Below are positions 8,898 to 18,472 of a stretch of DNA of 64,000 nt, piece after piece (within the stretch, counting starts at the first letter, position 1; every line of letters begins with the position of its first letter). This DNA is from an uncultured Desulfatirhabdium sp. Lineage in GTDB: Bacteria > Desulfobacterota > Desulfobacteria > Desulfobacterales > Desulfatirhabdiaceae. The notes beneath the pieces are model-generated. The model was not told where the DNA came from. It saw only the letters and a program-made list of their open reading frames with translations, and did not search any database. Both the position numbers and the translations under genes were made by a program. Where the stretch lies: NCBI GenBank assembly GCA_964549995.1, contig CAZJXF010000001.1:7829-71828 (forward strand), read 5' to 3'.

Positions 8898-10004
8898 ATG
8901 GAAAGAAGAGAGTTTTTGAAGAAGACCTCCATGGCTGCAGCTGCTGTTGCCGCCGCCTCCACGGTCGCAGCCCCAACGATTCTGGCTGCCGACAAGACCT
9001 ACATGTGGAAAATGGTGACGACCTGGACCCCCAATCTACCGATCCTCCAAACCGGGTCCGAACGGTTCGCCAAACGGGTGGAAGAGGCCACCAACGGCAG
9101 AATCAAGATCCAGGTCTATGCAGCCGGCGAACTGGTTCCTGCTCTGGGTGTCTTTGACGCTGTTTCGGACGGGACGGTGGAATGCGGCTCCGGTGCCAGC
9201 TATTACTGGGCGGGGAAGGTCCCGGCGGGGCAGTGGTTTTCTTCGGTTCCCTTCGGGCTGAACCCTCAGGGGATCAATGCGTGGTTCTACAGCGGAGGAG
9301 GGTTGAAGCTTTGGGAAGAAGTCTATGCCCCCTTCAATGTCGTGCCTCGTCCGCAGGGAAACACCGGTGTACAAATGGGCGGGTGGTTCCGTAAGGAGAT
9401 GAAAACCATCGACGATTACAAAGGATTGAAGATGCGGATTCCGGGTCTTGGCGGAAAGGTGGTGGCCAAAGCCGGCGGAACCGTTACCCTCATGCCTGCA
9501 GGAGAGATTTTTACATCGCTCGAGCGCGGCGTCATCGATGCCACCGAATGGGTCGGACCGCTTCACGACCTGCGGATGGGTTTTTACAAGGCCGCCAAAT
9601 ATTACTACTATCCGGGTTGGCACGAGCCGGGAACGACCCTGGAAGTCATCTTCAACAAGAAAGCCTATGACTCTCTGCCGAAAGATCTGCAGGTCATCCT
9701 CGATGCGGTCGCGATGGAAACGAATCTGTGGAGTCTCTGCGAATTTGAGGCAGGCAATGGGGCTGCACTCGAAGAACTGATCACGGTTCACAAGGTCAAT
9801 TTGATGGAATTTCCGGCGCCCATGATGGATGCGCTTCGCAAACTCTCGTACGAAGTGCTGGAGGAGGAAGCTGCCAAGGATCCGATGTCCAAAAAAGTTC
9901 ACGAGGCATTCAAGAAGTTCAAGAAGCAGGTCGGGGTGTGGGGGACGATCGCAGACAAGTCGTATTTCGAAACCATCGCCGAAAAATACAGCTTGAAAGC
10001 ATAA
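8898..10004 (+). CDS. dctP: TRAP transporter substrate-binding protein with Tat-like signal
   Basis: MERREFLKKTSMAAAAVAAASTVAAPTILAA signal. The DctP-family body includes IKIQVYAAGELVPALGVFDAVSDG. Confidence 0.85.
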   Translation: MERREFLKKTSMAAAAVAAASTVAAPTILAADKTYMWKMVTTWTPNLPILQTGSERFAKRVEEATNGRIKIQVYAAGELVPALGVFDAVSDGTVECGSGASYYWAGKVPAGQWFSSVPFGLNPQGINAWFYSGGGLKLWEEVYAPFNVVPRPQGNTGVQMGGWFRKEMKTIDDYKGLKMRIPGLGGKVVAKAGGTVTLMPAGEIFTSLERGVIDATEWVGPLHDLRMGFYKAAKYYYYPGWHEPGTTLEVIFNKKAYDSLPKDLQVILDAVAMETNLWSLCEFEAGNGAALEELITVHKVNLMEFPAPMMDALRKLSYEVLEEEAAKDPMSKKVHEAFKKFKKQVGVWGTIADKSYFETIAEKYSLKA

Positions 10005-10085
10005 TCGGCTTGTGGCCCGGGTTTTTGAGCCCGGGGATTGATCGAGTCGCCAAGAGACGAAGAACTTTCGCTTAGGCTTTCCTTT

Positions 10086-10116
10086 GAACGGGGGGCGTTG
10101 CAACGCCACCCCGTTC
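10086..10116. terminator. palindromic hairpin between convergent dctP and the FG-GAP gene
   Basis: GAACGGGGGGCGTTGCAACGCCACCCCGTTC is a near-perfect palindrome in the 157-nt convergent gap. Confidence 0.5.
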
Positions 10117-10161
10117 AAGATTTAGGGCCGGATGTTCAAGGCAACCGCCGGCCGGCTCCTT

Positions 10162-11838
10162 TCAATCCGCCGTCCAGTAGACGAGATAGCTTTCCGCCTT
10201 GTTGAAAGCCGAGCTCATCGTCGATACCACCGAAAACACCATATCCAGTTTCCCGTCTCCATTCAAATCCATGACCATGACGTCGCTGATGTGACCGGAT
10301 ACTTCGGAGGTTCGCCATTTCTGCCCCAAGCCCATACCGTCCCAAAAGAGGCAAACGATGCGGCCGTTTCGAAAGATGCGGATGTTGGGAAAGAAGTGGG
10401 TGGTCAGGTCGGTGTTGCTGATGGTGAGCACTTCGTTCTTCCCGTCTCGATCGATGTCCGCCACAAGGATGCGCTGGGGGAGGTAATAGCGCCTCTTGCG
10501 AGGGGTGTCACCCGGGCCGCCTCGGTCCTCATCCCCCGTCGGATAGGGAATGTAGCTGGCTGCCCCCGTAAACCGCTCGCCGCTTTTCCAATCTTCTCCA
10601 TCCGCTTCGATGAGGCGCAGAAAGCCTTCGGGTGTGAACCACACAAAGGTATCCTGCCCGCTGTTGAGGGCGTCGGCCCATGCGAAGGCATAGATACTTT
10701 CGGAGAAGGGAACGGCAAAGGCTCCGATGGATTCGAGCGAGTTCCCCCGCCATTCGAAGCGTTGCATCCGGGTGTCAAAAATGGTTCCTCTTCCGGATTC
10801 CTGTCCCAGAAGCACCGGCTCTTTCGAAGTCGTGTTGGGGGGGAGGACACGGAGGAAGAGTTCGGGTTCGGCAAGGATCGTCAATTGGGTTCCATTCCAT
10901 TCCAAAACCTGAGATCGCAAGCGGCTTCGGTCTTTCAACATGCGGGAAAGATAGATTTCCGCACGGCCGTTGTGGTTCAGGTCTGCCGCATCCACCCGGA
11001 AAAGGTATTCGTCGGAATCACACGGCTTTTCTGCCAGCAACAGGAGCTTTCCGTCCTGATAGCGGAAAACCGATAAGGCTTCGTCGCTGGCGATCACGAT
11101 TTCTTCCTTGCCGTCGCCGTCGATATCGCCGTGGGTGATGCTTCGAAATTCCCGTTTGAATTTCGGACTTTTCCAAATGGAGACAGGCAGTCTCCCGTCG
11201 GATGTCATGCTGCGGATCGGTTCATTGGCCAACTCGAGTGGGCCGCGCCAGAGCTTTTCCGGATGCTGGTATTGGAGGTCGTCGGAAGAACTCTTGACGC
11301 TGGGCTTTGGGGCGGATGGCTCGACGGTCGCTTTCGGGGCGCCATTGGGGGACGGTGTTTCGCCCGTCAGGGTGGTTCGGATTTCGGAAGCAAGCGATTT
11401 GATGTGGCCAAAAACATCTTCCGGAGTACTTCCTTGCCGGCTGAAGGTGAGGGCAGGTTTTCCGGTGGACACATCCAAGAGCCTGGCATCCGTCAGGGAC
11501 GTATCCCCCTGGATCCGAATTTTTCCGATCAACACATAGCCGGCTTTCAGACGGGAGCCGATGGACAGGGCATCCTGCTCCCTCAGGCTGTCACGAATGC
11601 CTTCGAGCAGCGTCTTGTAGGTTTCGTAGGGGACGACCTCGATGCCTCCGCCGGAGGACACGCGGCTTTGAAGGATATCGAAGACGCCTTTTTGCAGGAA
11701 GGCCATATCCCCCTGGGTTTCCACCTCGAAGGGGAAAATCAGGATCGATGGGTTCGATGCGGCTGTGGATGGTACAGCTGAAATGGCTAACGTGCAGAAG
11801 AGGGACAGCAGGGTATACAGAAGAGTACGGGGTTTCAA
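10162..11838 (-). CDS. secreted FG-GAP/VCBS-repeat protein with LpoB/CsgG-like N-terminal domain
   Basis: Signal peptide MKPRTLLYTLLSLFCTLAISAVPSTAA. Ca-binding FG-GAP loops DIDGDGKEEIV, DLNHNGRAEIY, DIDRDGKNEVL, DLNGDGKLDMVF. Confidence 0.75.
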   Translation of the reverse strand: MKPRTLLYTLLSLFCTLAISAVPSTAASNPSILIFPFEVETQGDMAFLQKGVFDILQSRVSSGGGIEVVPYETYKTLLEGIRDSLREQDALSIGSRLKAGYVLIGKIRIQGDTSLTDARLLDVSTGKPALTFSRQGSTPEDVFGHIKSLASEIRTTLTGETPSPNGAPKATVEPSAPKPSVKSSSDDLQYQHPEKLWRGPLELANEPIRSMTSDGRLPVSIWKSPKFKREFRSITHGDIDGDGKEEIVIASDEALSVFRYQDGKLLLLAEKPCDSDEYLFRVDAADLNHNGRAEIYLSRMLKDRSRLRSQVLEWNGTQLTILAEPELFLRVLPPNTTSKEPVLLGQESGRGTIFDTRMQRFEWRGNSLESIGAFAVPFSESIYAFAWADALNSGQDTFVWFTPEGFLRLIEADGEDWKSGERFTGAASYIPYPTGDEDRGGPGDTPRKRRYYLPQRILVADIDRDGKNEVLTISNTDLTTHFFPNIRIFRNGRIVCLFWDGMGLGQKWRTSEVSGHISDVMVMDLNGDGKLDMVFSVVSTMSSAFNKAESYLVYWTAD

Positions 11839-11881
11839 CGCTGGATCTCCTTGAAGATGTTCTTGGTGATTCTATTGGATC

Positions 11882-12186
11882 GATGGACTCGCAAAAAGTC
11901 CAAAAGTCTCATCCGAGTCGCATGGGAGAAGACACGCCTTTTTCGTTGCATCGGATAAACTCAGCCGCCCGAGCTCGTAAGGGTCGGGCATGTGGCCAGA
12001 CTTCAGCGATGGGTTATTGGAATGCAATATCTTGTTTTTCATACAGATATGGCTGGGAATCGCATGCCCGACCCAACGATCTCCGGCGGCTTCAAACAAG
12101 TATCCGATGCAACATCAAAAGGCGTATCTTCCCCCATGCTCAGGCCCAGAAATACCCCACAATCGGGGGTAGATCGACGTTGATGG
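11882..12186 (+). mobile_element. MITE-A copy (right TIR degenerate)
   Basis: Starts GATGGACTCGCAAAAAGTC. Nearly identical by eye to copy 56668 over the first ~120 nt. Confidence 0.8.
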
Positions 12187-12511
12187 GATTCAGAAGCGAG
12201 GGTAGGAAACCCATTCGGGTGAACTTTTATCAGAAAGCAGGCCGCAACGAAAGAAGGATTTCAGTGGAGGCTGGTGGATGTCGCAATCCTCTCACCAGAA
12301 GAATTCGACTCCGGAACGTCTCGATCCATCCTGTATCGGTTCGGAAGGCATGCATATTTTTGCTTGATTTCACAGAAAATCTGTGCAATAGAAGCGTCAA
12401 AGAAAATTTTATGCAGTTGGAAAGGAGGTGGTGTTTGGTATTAACCTGTTGGAATGATAGATTATTAGGTAGGTTGAACTCACTGTAACCATTATTGAGG
12501 AGGGAAAAAGA

Positions 12512-13846
12512 ATGAAGAAGTTTACCGTATTGGCAGTTGCAGCCCTTCTGGTTGTAGCCATGACCCTGCCGGCAGCCGCTCTCGAAAATATCTTCGGCGG
12601 TTATTGGCGGACCCGGGCCTTCACCCAGACCAATTTTACCGGTGAAGACAAAACCGAAGCAGCCGATCTCGACAGGATCGATACCCGTACCCGGCTTTTC
12701 TACACCGCCAAATTCAGCGATAACCTGAAGTTCGTCAACCGCTTTGAAATGAACGCCATCTGGGGTGGTGCAGGAACATATGGTCAGCTGGGTGCCGACG
12801 GTGCCAACGTAGTCGTGAAACACTCCTATGTCGATTTCAATATCCAACCGTTCCGGTTTGTGGTCGGTATTCAAGATTTCGAATTGGCACGTGGATACAT
12901 TTTCGGTGATGATGCCGCCGGTGTCAAGGCGATCTTCAAGCTGAACGATGCCGTTTATCTGCCTTTGATTTATATCAAAGCCTATGAAGGCGGCGCCGGT
13001 AAAGATGCGGACAATTACGATGTCAACGGATTGGTCTTCTACCCCACGATTTATCTCAACAAAACCACCACATTGAAACCCCACATCGCCACTTTGTTCT
13101 CGGACGACTACTCCAAGGCAAACACCAAGGGGTATACCTTCAGCGAAAAAATCCCCGGTGCAAAAGATTTGAATGCCTGGACAGGCGGTCTTGAATTCGA
13201 TATGAAAATGGATGCATTTACGGTCGGAGCCACCGGGATCTATCAATGGGGTGATGTAAAGGTTCCGGTTTCCATGTATGGCCATGACAAACTGGATTTC
13301 AACGGCTATCTGTTCGATCTGTTCGGTTCTTATGCGGCCGGTCCCGCCACCCTGAGACTCAAGGGAATCTATGCTTCCGGTAACGACAAAGACAGCATCG
13401 CGAACGGCGATATCGATGCCTTCTTCAACCCCGGAACCCCCTACACCGGAGCTTCCTACTACTGGGCGGAAATCATGGGCTTCGGTATTTTCGATACCCG
13501 TGGGCCTGCAACGGCAGACAACGTTAAAGGCGATATGTCCGATAAAATCAGCAACCGGATCATCGGCAACCTCGGCATCGATTTCAAGGTTCTGCCGGAT
13601 CTGAAGATCGCTGCCGACCTCTGGTATGCCAAAACAGCAGAAGATGTGAAACTGGTTGATGGGACCTACGACGATACGCTGGGTACGGAACTTGATTTGG
13701 TCGTCACCTACAAACTGGTTGACAACCTGAATCTGGACCTGGTCGGCGCTTATCTGTGGGCAGGCGATGTCATCAACAAGGCCGTCTCTGCCACCGACTC
13801 CGCCAATCCGTATGAATTTGGTGCCAGACTTTCCCTTGCTTTCTAA
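12512..13846 (+). CDS. outer-membrane beta-barrel porin-like protein, paralog 1
   Basis: Signal peptide ...LPAAALE, alternating beta-strand pattern, C-terminal ...RLSLAF (terminal Phe). Strong RBS GAGGAGGG upstream. Confidence 0.75.
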   Translation: MKKFTVLAVAALLVVAMTLPAAALENIFGGYWRTRAFTQTNFTGEDKTEAADLDRIDTRTRLFYTAKFSDNLKFVNRFEMNAIWGGAGTYGQLGADGANVVVKHSYVDFNIQPFRFVVGIQDFELARGYIFGDDAAGVKAIFKLNDAVYLPLIYIKAYEGGAGKDADNYDVNGLVFYPTIYLNKTTTLKPHIATLFSDDYSKANTKGYTFSEKIPGAKDLNAWTGGLEFDMKMDAFTVGATGIYQWGDVKVPVSMYGHDKLDFNGYLFDLFGSYAAGPATLRLKGIYASGNDKDSIANGDIDAFFNPGTPYTGASYYWAEIMGFGIFDTRGPATADNVKGDMSDKISNRIIGNLGIDFKVLPDLKIAADLWYAKTAEDVKLVDGTYDDTLGTELDLVVTYKLVDNLNLDLVGAYLWAGDVINKAVSATDSANPYEFGARLSLAF

Positions 13847-13904
13847 GTTCATTTTTCCCATCGCCTTTGCATCGAACGTGTGAAGGCGCATCAACGGAAG
13901 CATC

Positions 13905-13938
13905 GAACAGCCGGAAAGAGCTTTCTTTCCGGCTGTTC
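13905..13938 (+). terminator. hairpin terminator after porin paralog 1
   Basis: GAACAGCCGGAAAGAGCTTTCTTTCCGGCTGTTC has a perfect 14-bp stem. Confidence 0.6.
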
Positions 13939-14053
13939 GCATTTGTGAAGCACTAAACGTGATTTAGAGGATTCAGGAAACCATAACCGGGATGGTGCAT
14001 CCCCTCTTTGTAACCTACTTGGGATTTTTCGACGTGTTGGGAGGCCATCAACA

Positions 14054-15412
14054 ATGAAGAAGTGGACGAGAGTTTTTATCGGATTTGGCGTTTACCTGCT
14101 GGCCTTTTCTTTCCTCATGGAGGGAACAGGCAACGCTTTGGAGAACCAATTCGGCGGGTATTTTCGAACGAGGGCCTATACCGAGACAAACTTCACCGGT
14201 GAAGACGTAACGGAAGCGAAGGATCTCGATCGGATCGACACCCGTACGCGGATTTTCTATACGGCCAAGTTCAGTGAAAACGTCAAATTCATCAATAAGT
14301 TCGAAATGAACGCTGTTTGGGGAGGTGCCGGCACCTACGGACAGCTTGGAGCGGACGGTGCCAACGTCGTCGTCAAGAATTCCTATGTGGATTTCAAGAG
14401 TTCCGACCTGCGTTTTTCGGTGGGTGTTCAAGATTTCTTGCTGGCCAGAGGATACCTCTTCAACGACGACATCGCCGGTGTCAAAGCCATTTACAAGGTT
14501 TCGGATTCCGTTGTGCTGCCGATCTACTATCTGAAAATGTATGAAGGCGGAGCCGGTAAGGATGCCGACGATTACGATCTCGATGCGTGGATTCTGTATC
14601 CCACATTTTATCTGAACAAAGAGACCACGCTCAAACCTCATTTTTCCTGGATCGGGTCCGATAACTACTCACAGGCGTCCACCAAAGGATACGTCATGAA
14701 CCGCATCCCCGGCGCCACCAAGCTCAATGTCTACAGTGGGGGGCTGGAGTTCGATGCAAAGATGGGGGCTTATGCAGTCGGGGCGACCGGGATCTTCCAA
14801 TTCGGGAGTATCGATGTCCCCCCTGCTGCCTACAATGGCCATGACAGCCTCGATTTCAAAGGGTATCTCGTGGATGTTTTCGGCAGTGTCAACCTCGGAA
14901 TTCCAACCCTCCGGATCAAGGGAATTTATTCCTCCGGCAACGATCGTGACAGCTATGCCAACGGCAATGTCGATGCCTTTTTCAACCCTGGAGGACCTGG
15001 GGCAACGGGAACCGGGGCACAATATTCCTGGGCGGAAATCATGGGGCTCGGGATTTTCGATTCTTTCGGGATTGCAACGGCAGACGACCCGAAGGGATTG
15101 TACGCCGATAAAATCAGCAACCGGATCATCGGAAACCTTGGCATCACCTGCAGTGCGACCAAAGACCTGAAGATTGCCACCGATCTGTGGTATGCGAAAA
15201 CCGCCAAGGATGTGAAATTGGTGGACGGCACCTATGGCGATTCGTTGGGTACGGAGCTCGATGTCGTTATCACCTATATGCTGGTAGACAATCTGAAACT
15301 CGATCTCGTCGGAGCCTATCTGTGGGCAGGCGATGTGGTGAACAAGGCGGTTTCGGCCACCAACGCCGCAGACCCCTACGAATTCGGTGCCCAGCTGTCC
15401 CTGGCCTTCTGA
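14054..15412 (+). CDS. outer-membrane beta-barrel porin-like protein, paralog 2
   Basis: Shares LENQFGGYFRTRAYTETNFTGED...DLDRIDTRTRIFYTAKFS...GAGTYGQLGADGANVVVK and the C-terminal ...QLSLAF with paralogs 1 and 3. Confidence 0.75.
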   Translation: MKKWTRVFIGFGVYLLAFSFLMEGTGNALENQFGGYFRTRAYTETNFTGEDVTEAKDLDRIDTRTRIFYTAKFSENVKFINKFEMNAVWGGAGTYGQLGADGANVVVKNSYVDFKSSDLRFSVGVQDFLLARGYLFNDDIAGVKAIYKVSDSVVLPIYYLKMYEGGAGKDADDYDLDAWILYPTFYLNKETTLKPHFSWIGSDNYSQASTKGYVMNRIPGATKLNVYSGGLEFDAKMGAYAVGATGIFQFGSIDVPPAAYNGHDSLDFKGYLVDVFGSVNLGIPTLRIKGIYSSGNDRDSYANGNVDAFFNPGGPGATGTGAQYSWAEIMGLGIFDSFGIATADDPKGLYADKISNRIIGNLGITCSATKDLKIATDLWYAKTAKDVKLVDGTYGDSLGTELDVVITYMLVDNLKLDLVGAYLWAGDVVNKAVSATNAADPYEFGAQLSLAF

Positions 15413-15774
15413 TGGACATTTCCTTTTTGTTGTTTTATATGCGATGGACATGTGCTATAAAGCCGAGACTTATGGGGTCCGAAAAGGAAATCCCTCGAGC
15501 GAGTGGCGGCTGTTATTGCGGGGGGAGCGGCTCTCGAACCACGCATTACACAAAACTCGTATGGACCTACTCGATTCATAGCCCCCTGAGGAGGGGATAA
15601 AAACTACACGGACGAAAGGGAGGTGAAGCATCCATAGGGTTTGAGAGATTGGTTTCCGTATGGTAGCGATAGATGCGGTTACGCATCGCGGAGCGGAATG
15701 TTCGGGTGCAGATCGCATTGCTATCCGGAAGATAGGGTTCCACATGGTTATCAAAAGGAGAAAAGGAGAAGAGA

Positions 15775-17115
15775 ATGAAAAAACGGTTGGTGTTGGTATT
15801 GCTTCTGGTTGTATGCATGGCTCTTCCGGCATTCGCCCTCGAAAATCAATTCGGCGGATACTGGAGAACCCGTGCATTTACGGACAAGAATTTTACCGGA
15901 GAAGACGAGTCAAAGGACCTTGATCTGGACAGGATCGATACCCGGACCCGCTTGTTCTACACGGCCAAATTCAGTGACAATCTCAAGTTCGTCAACAAGT
16001 TCGAAATGAACGCCGTGTGGGGCGGGGCCGGCACCTACGGTCAGCTGGGGGCGGACGGCGCCAATGTCGTCGTCAAACACTCGTACGTCAACTTCAAGCT
16101 GAGTGACCACGACTTTCGGGTCGGCATTCAGGACTATACCGTAGCGCGCGGCTATCTCTTCGACGATGACGCCGCAGGCTTCAAGGCCATTTTCAAGGCT
16201 ACAGACAATATCTATCTGCCGATCCTGTATATCAAAGGGTATGAAGGCGGAGCCGGAAAGATCAACGGCAAGTCGGCGGATGACTACGATGTCAATGCCT
16301 GGATGTTCTATCCGACGGTTTATCTGAACAAGGAAACCACCCTGAAGCCCCATTTCACCTACTGGCAGACGGATGACTTCACCCGGGCAGCCGCTCAGGG
16401 AGCTCTCTTGTCCGTGAAAGTTCCGGGTGCGACCAAGCTCGATCTGTATACGGCCGGTCTTGAATTCGACACGAAATTCGATGCCTTCACCATCGGTGCG
16501 ACCGGTATTTTCGAATTTGGAAGCGTGGATGTTCCGGTGGCGAGCTACGGAAAAGACAGCTTGGATTTCAAAGGCTATCTCTTCGATCTGTTCGGATCGA
16601 TGGAGGTCGGGCCAGCAACCCTTCGCATCAAGGGAATCTATGCGTCCGGAAACAAGGAGGACAGCTATGCGAACGGTGAATACAAGGCCTTTTACAATCC
16701 GGGCGGCAGTGGAACGGGTGCATCCTATTATTGGGCTGAAATCATGGGATATGGAATCTTCGATGCGCTCGGTGTAGCGACGGCGGACGATCCGACAGGC
16801 GAATTCTCCGACAAGATTTCCAACCGGATGATCGGCAACATCGGTGCGACCTTCAAGGTGCTGCCAAATTTGGAAGTGGCTGCGGATTTGTGGTACGCCA
16901 AAACGGCCGAAGATGTCTTATTGGCGAACGGTCAATACGGCGACAAGCTCGGCACGGAGTTGGACCTTGTCGTCACCTATGCCATCACCGAAGAATTGAA
17001 GTTGGATCTGGTGGGCGCCTATCTGTGGGCGGATGATGTCATCAACAAGGCCATTTACACGACCAATTCCGCCAATCCCTATGAATTCGGTGCCCAGCTT
17101 TCCCTGGAATTCTAA
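15775..17115 (+). CDS. outer-membrane beta-barrel porin-like protein, paralog 3
   Basis: Same conserved N- and C-terminal blocks as paralogs 1 and 2, and ends ...QLSLEF. RBS AAAGGAGAAAAGGAG upstream. Confidence 0.75.
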   Translation: MKKRLVLVLLLVVCMALPAFALENQFGGYWRTRAFTDKNFTGEDESKDLDLDRIDTRTRLFYTAKFSDNLKFVNKFEMNAVWGGAGTYGQLGADGANVVVKHSYVNFKLSDHDFRVGIQDYTVARGYLFDDDAAGFKAIFKATDNIYLPILYIKGYEGGAGKINGKSADDYDVNAWMFYPTVYLNKETTLKPHFTYWQTDDFTRAAAQGALLSVKVPGATKLDLYTAGLEFDTKFDAFTIGATGIFEFGSVDVPVASYGKDSLDFKGYLFDLFGSMEVGPATLRIKGIYASGNKEDSYANGEYKAFYNPGGSGTGASYYWAEIMGYGIFDALGVATADDPTGEFSDKISNRMIGNIGATFKVLPNLEVAADLWYAKTAEDVLLANGQYGDKLGTELDLVVTYAITEELKLDLVGAYLWADDVINKAIYTTNSANPYEFGAQLSLEF

Positions 17116-17127
17116 CCCACAGCATTC

Positions 17128-17164
17128 GGACAAGTGGCAGTCTATCTCCAGCATCCGCTTGTCC
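17128..17164. terminator. hairpin downstream of porin paralog 3
   Basis: GGACAAGTGG...CCGCTTGTCC forms a 10-bp stem including one G-U pair. Confidence 0.4.
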
Positions 17165-17320
17165 TGAAGGCAGTGCTTCCAGGGGCAGTCGTTGTTGTCA
17201 GCATACCGGTAGATCGGAGTGCGTCAACGAAAGCGCAACCTTTTAATGATCATCCGATCTTACCGGTATGACTTCATTTTTCTTTCGATTCCTGCCTATC
17301 GACTCCCGATCCCCTCTGTA

Positions 17321-18400
17321 TCACAAAAATCTTTGAATATCTCGACCACGAGCCTTGCTGCGGGTGATATACCATTCCATTTCATCTTTGGGAGCGGGTT
17401 CGATTTCTGCTGCCGGTTTCCGCACCAGACGGATGGCATCCGATGGGCAGGTGGTGACACAAAGCCCACAGCCGATGCATTTTTCGCGAATCACTCGATA
17501 GGCCGAATCCCCTTCTTCGATAGCGTTGACTTGGCAGCGTTCTTCCGCGCAAACGCCGCACGCGACGCAGGCATCCGGATCGATCTGGGCATAGAAACTG
17601 GATCGGACGATACTCGAAGCCCCCCAAGCCCCTGCCGAACGAAGGACTCCGCAGCAGCATCCACAGCAATTACAGATGAAATAGTGCCCGTTTTGTACGT
17701 TCCAGGTCAGATGCACAAGGGCCTGTTTTTCGCATTCCTCCAAAAGCGCATAGGCCTCCTGCTTCGTCAATTTCCGGCCGTGTTCGTTCTTGTCGAAAAC
17801 GCCTTCCACCGGTGCGATGGCCATGCAGACTTCCAAGGGTCGGGTGCAGGGATGGTCCATGATGCCCCGTTCCTTTTTGCAGATGCAGTCCTGCACCATG
17901 AAGGATTTGCCGTTTTCGATGATGGTGGATACCCGCTCGAAGGGAAGGGCTTCGTGGGTGCCTTCGATTTCCTTCTCGATGGGAACGACCTGCATGAGTT
18001 GCGGCTTGGTCTGGAAAAATTGTCTTCCAAAAACCTGGTTGTAAGTTTCGCACATCTCGGCCAGCTCACGGTCGAGCCGATGCAGCTGGAATTCATAGAT
18101 GCCGAAAACCCAGGGCAACATCCGAAAAATGTGAACCCCGCCCAGATCGACGTCGAAGATCTGTCCGCGTTTTCCCATCTCGATGAGGTGTGCTTCCAGC
18201 CCCTCGAGCGGTCGACCCGTCCGCTTGGCGATCTGATCGGCGGTTTCGAAATGCAGGCGCAAATCGCAAAAGAGTTCGGCATCCTCGGGTCGGAAGATTC
18301 GTTCGAGAATGCGCAGCTCGATGCCCGAATCCGTTCGGGGAAATCCGTTCGGCAGGGTATCGAGAACATCGGCAAGTTTTTCATAAACATTGGATTGCAT
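17321..18400 (-). CDS. winged-helix-like N-terminus + Cys-rich + 2x[4Fe-4S] ferredoxin-domain protein
   Basis: Track ORF to 18469. ATG 18400 is preferred (AGGAG 6 nt upstream) and gives MQSNVYEKLADVL. Motifs: CNCCGCCCG, CVACGVCAEERC, CIGCGLCVTTCP. Confidence 0.75.
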   Translation of the reverse strand: MQSNVYEKLADVLDTLPNGFPRTDSGIELRILERIFRPEDAELFCDLRLHFETADQIAKRTGRPLEGLEAHLIEMGKRGQIFDVDLGGVHIFRMLPWVFGIYEFQLHRLDRELAEMCETYNQVFGRQFFQTKPQLMQVVPIEKEIEGTHEALPFERVSTIIENGKSFMVQDCICKKERGIMDHPCTRPLEVCMAIAPVEGVFDKNEHGRKLTKQEAYALLEECEKQALVHLTWNVQNGHYFICNCCGCCCGVLRSAGAWGASSIVRSSFYAQIDPDACVACGVCAEERCQVNAIEEGDSAYRVIREKCIGCGLCVTTCPSDAIRLVRKPAAEIEPAPKDEMEWYITRSKARGRDIQRFL

Positions 18401-18472
18401 AAAAGACTCCTGATTGTGTGTGAGGATGGTGAATCGGGAAACCAACCATGGAACCGGCACCAAAGCCATTCG

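Noticed and set aside
7483-8919. 478-aa alternative-frame ORF overlapping dctM
   Set aside because: It is extremely Arg/Gly-rich and sits on the same strand but out of frame with a bona fide polytopic permease.
12330-12360. GGCATGCATATTTTTGCTT upstream of porin 1 as a sigma-54 promoter; similar GG..GC pairs occur upstream of porin 3 and the carboxyltransferase gene
   Set aside because: The GG-to-GC spacing is off by 1-3 nt from the required -24/-12 geometry.
11748-12488. 246-aa ORF spanning MITE-A, and the small ORFs 11990-12172 and 56731-56985
   Set aside because: They lie inside repeat copies. Near-identical 'peptides' recur wherever the DNA repeat recurs, irrespective of context.
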